From contig CAVVQN010000021.1 in NCBI GenBank assembly GCA_963750375.1, positions 44,037-108,036 on the forward strand: a stretch of DNA of 64,000 bases, given 5' to 3'. The notes beneath the pieces are model-generated. The model was not told the DNA's origin. It did no database searches and saw only the letters and a program-made list of their open reading frames with translations. Both the position numbers and the translations under genes were made by a program. The first letter of the stretch is position 1. Every line of letters starts with the position of its first letter. Source of the DNA: Paraconexibacteraceae bacterium (GTDB taxonomy: Bacteria; Actinomycetota; Thermoleophilia; Solirubrobacterales; Solirubrobacteraceae). Of the stretch, positions 62,497 through 64,000 are shown in pieces.

Positions 62497-62526
62497 TTGA
62501 CGGAGCCCACTGAGAAACGTTAGGTT
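62497..62526 (+). promoter_or_regulatory. Sigma70-type promoter; -35 lies in the loop of a GGGCTCC/GGAGCCC hairpin
   Basis: TTGACG-N18-TAGGTT. Confidence 0.55.
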
Positions 62527-62595
62527 CCCCGTCGGGAACCAGACAGTTTATAACCCGTGCGGGACACGGGCCAACAGCGGCAGGGGGAAGACGAC

Positions 62596-64000
62596 ATGCA
62601 GGGACTTCAACGCAGCTGTGCGCTGCTCGCGGCAGCCGGAGCGCTCTTCGGCGCGCCTGCGTTCGCGAACGGTGCGGAGCTCAACGTCGACGCGCGGACC
62701 GACAGCGTCGACGTAAAACCCGGCGACGGGCGCTGCGCGACAGCAGCCGGAACCTGCACCCTCCGCGCAGCCGTGCAGGAGGCCGACGCCGCTGACGGCG
62801 CGAGCACGATCATCGTTCCGGCCGGGACGCTATCGCCTGACGATCCTCCCCTCTCCGCAAGCCGGAAGTGCGGCCGACAAGGACCCGGCCAACGGGGATC
62901 TGGACCTGAACGCCGACATCACCGTCCGCGGGGCCGGCGTCGGCCAGACGGTCATCGACGGCGGCGGCATCGACCGGGTCTTCGAGACCGGCAGCACAGC
63001 GTCACCGCCGCACTCAGGGACCTGACGATCACCCACGGCGACTCGACCGCCGGCGGCAGCCAGGAGATCAACCTCGGCGGCGGCATCCTCAACAAGAGCG
63101 GCATCACCCTCGAGCGCGTGGAGCTCGTCGACAACAAGGCCGACGGCGGCGGCGGCATGTTCAGCATCCCCGGCACGATGCCGACGATCCGCGACAGCCT
63201 GATCACCGGCAACAGCGCCTTCGAAGGCGGCGGCCTGCGCATCGACCATGGCGCCACGATCGTCAACACGACGATCACCACCAACACGCTCGTCCTGGAG
63301 CCCGGGTGCGCTCCAGGAGAAGCCCGTCGGCATCGTCATCCGCGCTGGTCGACGAGATCTCCGGCTACGGCGGCGGCATCGACCACCGCGGCGGCGCGCT
63401 CCTTCAGATCATCAACAGCACGATCACCGGCAACCACGCGCTGAAGGGCGGCGGCGGCCTCGGCGCCGGCCAGGGCTACGCGCCGCTCTCAGAGCAGCTG
63501 CCGCTGGGCAAGGTCGTGCTGCGCAACACGATCATCGCCGGCAACACGAGCGAGGCCGGGGCCGCGGGAGTGCCGCACGAACCAGGTGACGCTTCGTCTC
63601 GCTGGGCCACAACATCGGCCGGGGACGGCAGCTGCTTCCTCGCGGGCGCGGGCGATCGCCCGCGGACCGATCCGCGGCTGGCGCCGCTGGCCGACAACGG
63701 CGGCCCGACGCGCACGCTGGCCCTGCGCCCCGGGAGCCCGGCGATCGACGCCGGCGGCGCCGAAGGATGCCCGAAGCGCCGACGCGCGCGGGGTCGCCCG
63801 GCCCCAGGGCGCTGCCTGCGACATCGGCGCCTTCGAGTACGCGGCGCCGGTCGCCGTCGCGCAGGCCCTGCCTGCGCAGCGTCCGCCTCCCCGCACGGCT
63901 GCGCGCGCAGGGCCCGGTCCTTCGACGTCCTGGTCGGCGGCCGCGTCGTCGCCCGTCGACGCTCGGCCGTCGCAGCGCGTCGTGGTCCGCCGGGCCAAGG
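62596..64000 (+). CDS. Secreted CSLREA-domain / choice-of-anchor Q beta-helix protein (frameshifted, runs off window)
   Basis: PGDGRC..CTLRAAVQEA, GDLDL, repeated GGG, LADNGGPTRT.AL..GSPAID, CDIGAFE. Confidence 0.85.

Overview
Very GC-rich actinobacterial DNA, most consistent with Thermoleophilia/Solirubrobacterales (inferred from gene content and protein style). The assembly is patchily indel-rich, so many real genes are split across frames; I treat these as sequencing errors, not pseudogenes. Main blocks: (1) pepT, an AbiEi-wHTH/DUF559 nuclease gene bracketed by 35-bp palindromic repeats, and a SAM methyltransferase. (2) A GntR regulator divergent from a group 1h (high-affinity, atmospheric H2) [NiFe]-hydrogenase cluster: hypC, hypC-like, hypDE, hhySLE, three accessory genes, maturation protease, hypAB, tandem-SIS protein, hypF. 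A convergent NiCoT nickel permease and Fur/Nur regulator follow. (3) A mixed region of oxidoreductases, secreted hydrolases, SulP-MerR, P450-TetR and lipase-TetR. (4) tRNA-Arg(ACG) with a 48-bp duplicated 3' end enclosing a one-gene, integrase-less mini-island. (5) YciI-ECF sigma, MFS-MerR, APC permease and a Phe/Tyr catabolic cluster (phhA, hmgA, hppD, Lrp, FAH) with a hidden 19-aa ORF. Best candidates for undescribed biology: the repeat-flanked DUF559 element with dispersed copies, the tRNA mini-cassette, paired GntR operators at the hydrogenase promoter, a shared Cys-clamped Arg-rich C-terminal domain on unrelated secreted proteins, and a variant c-di-GMP-I-like leader.
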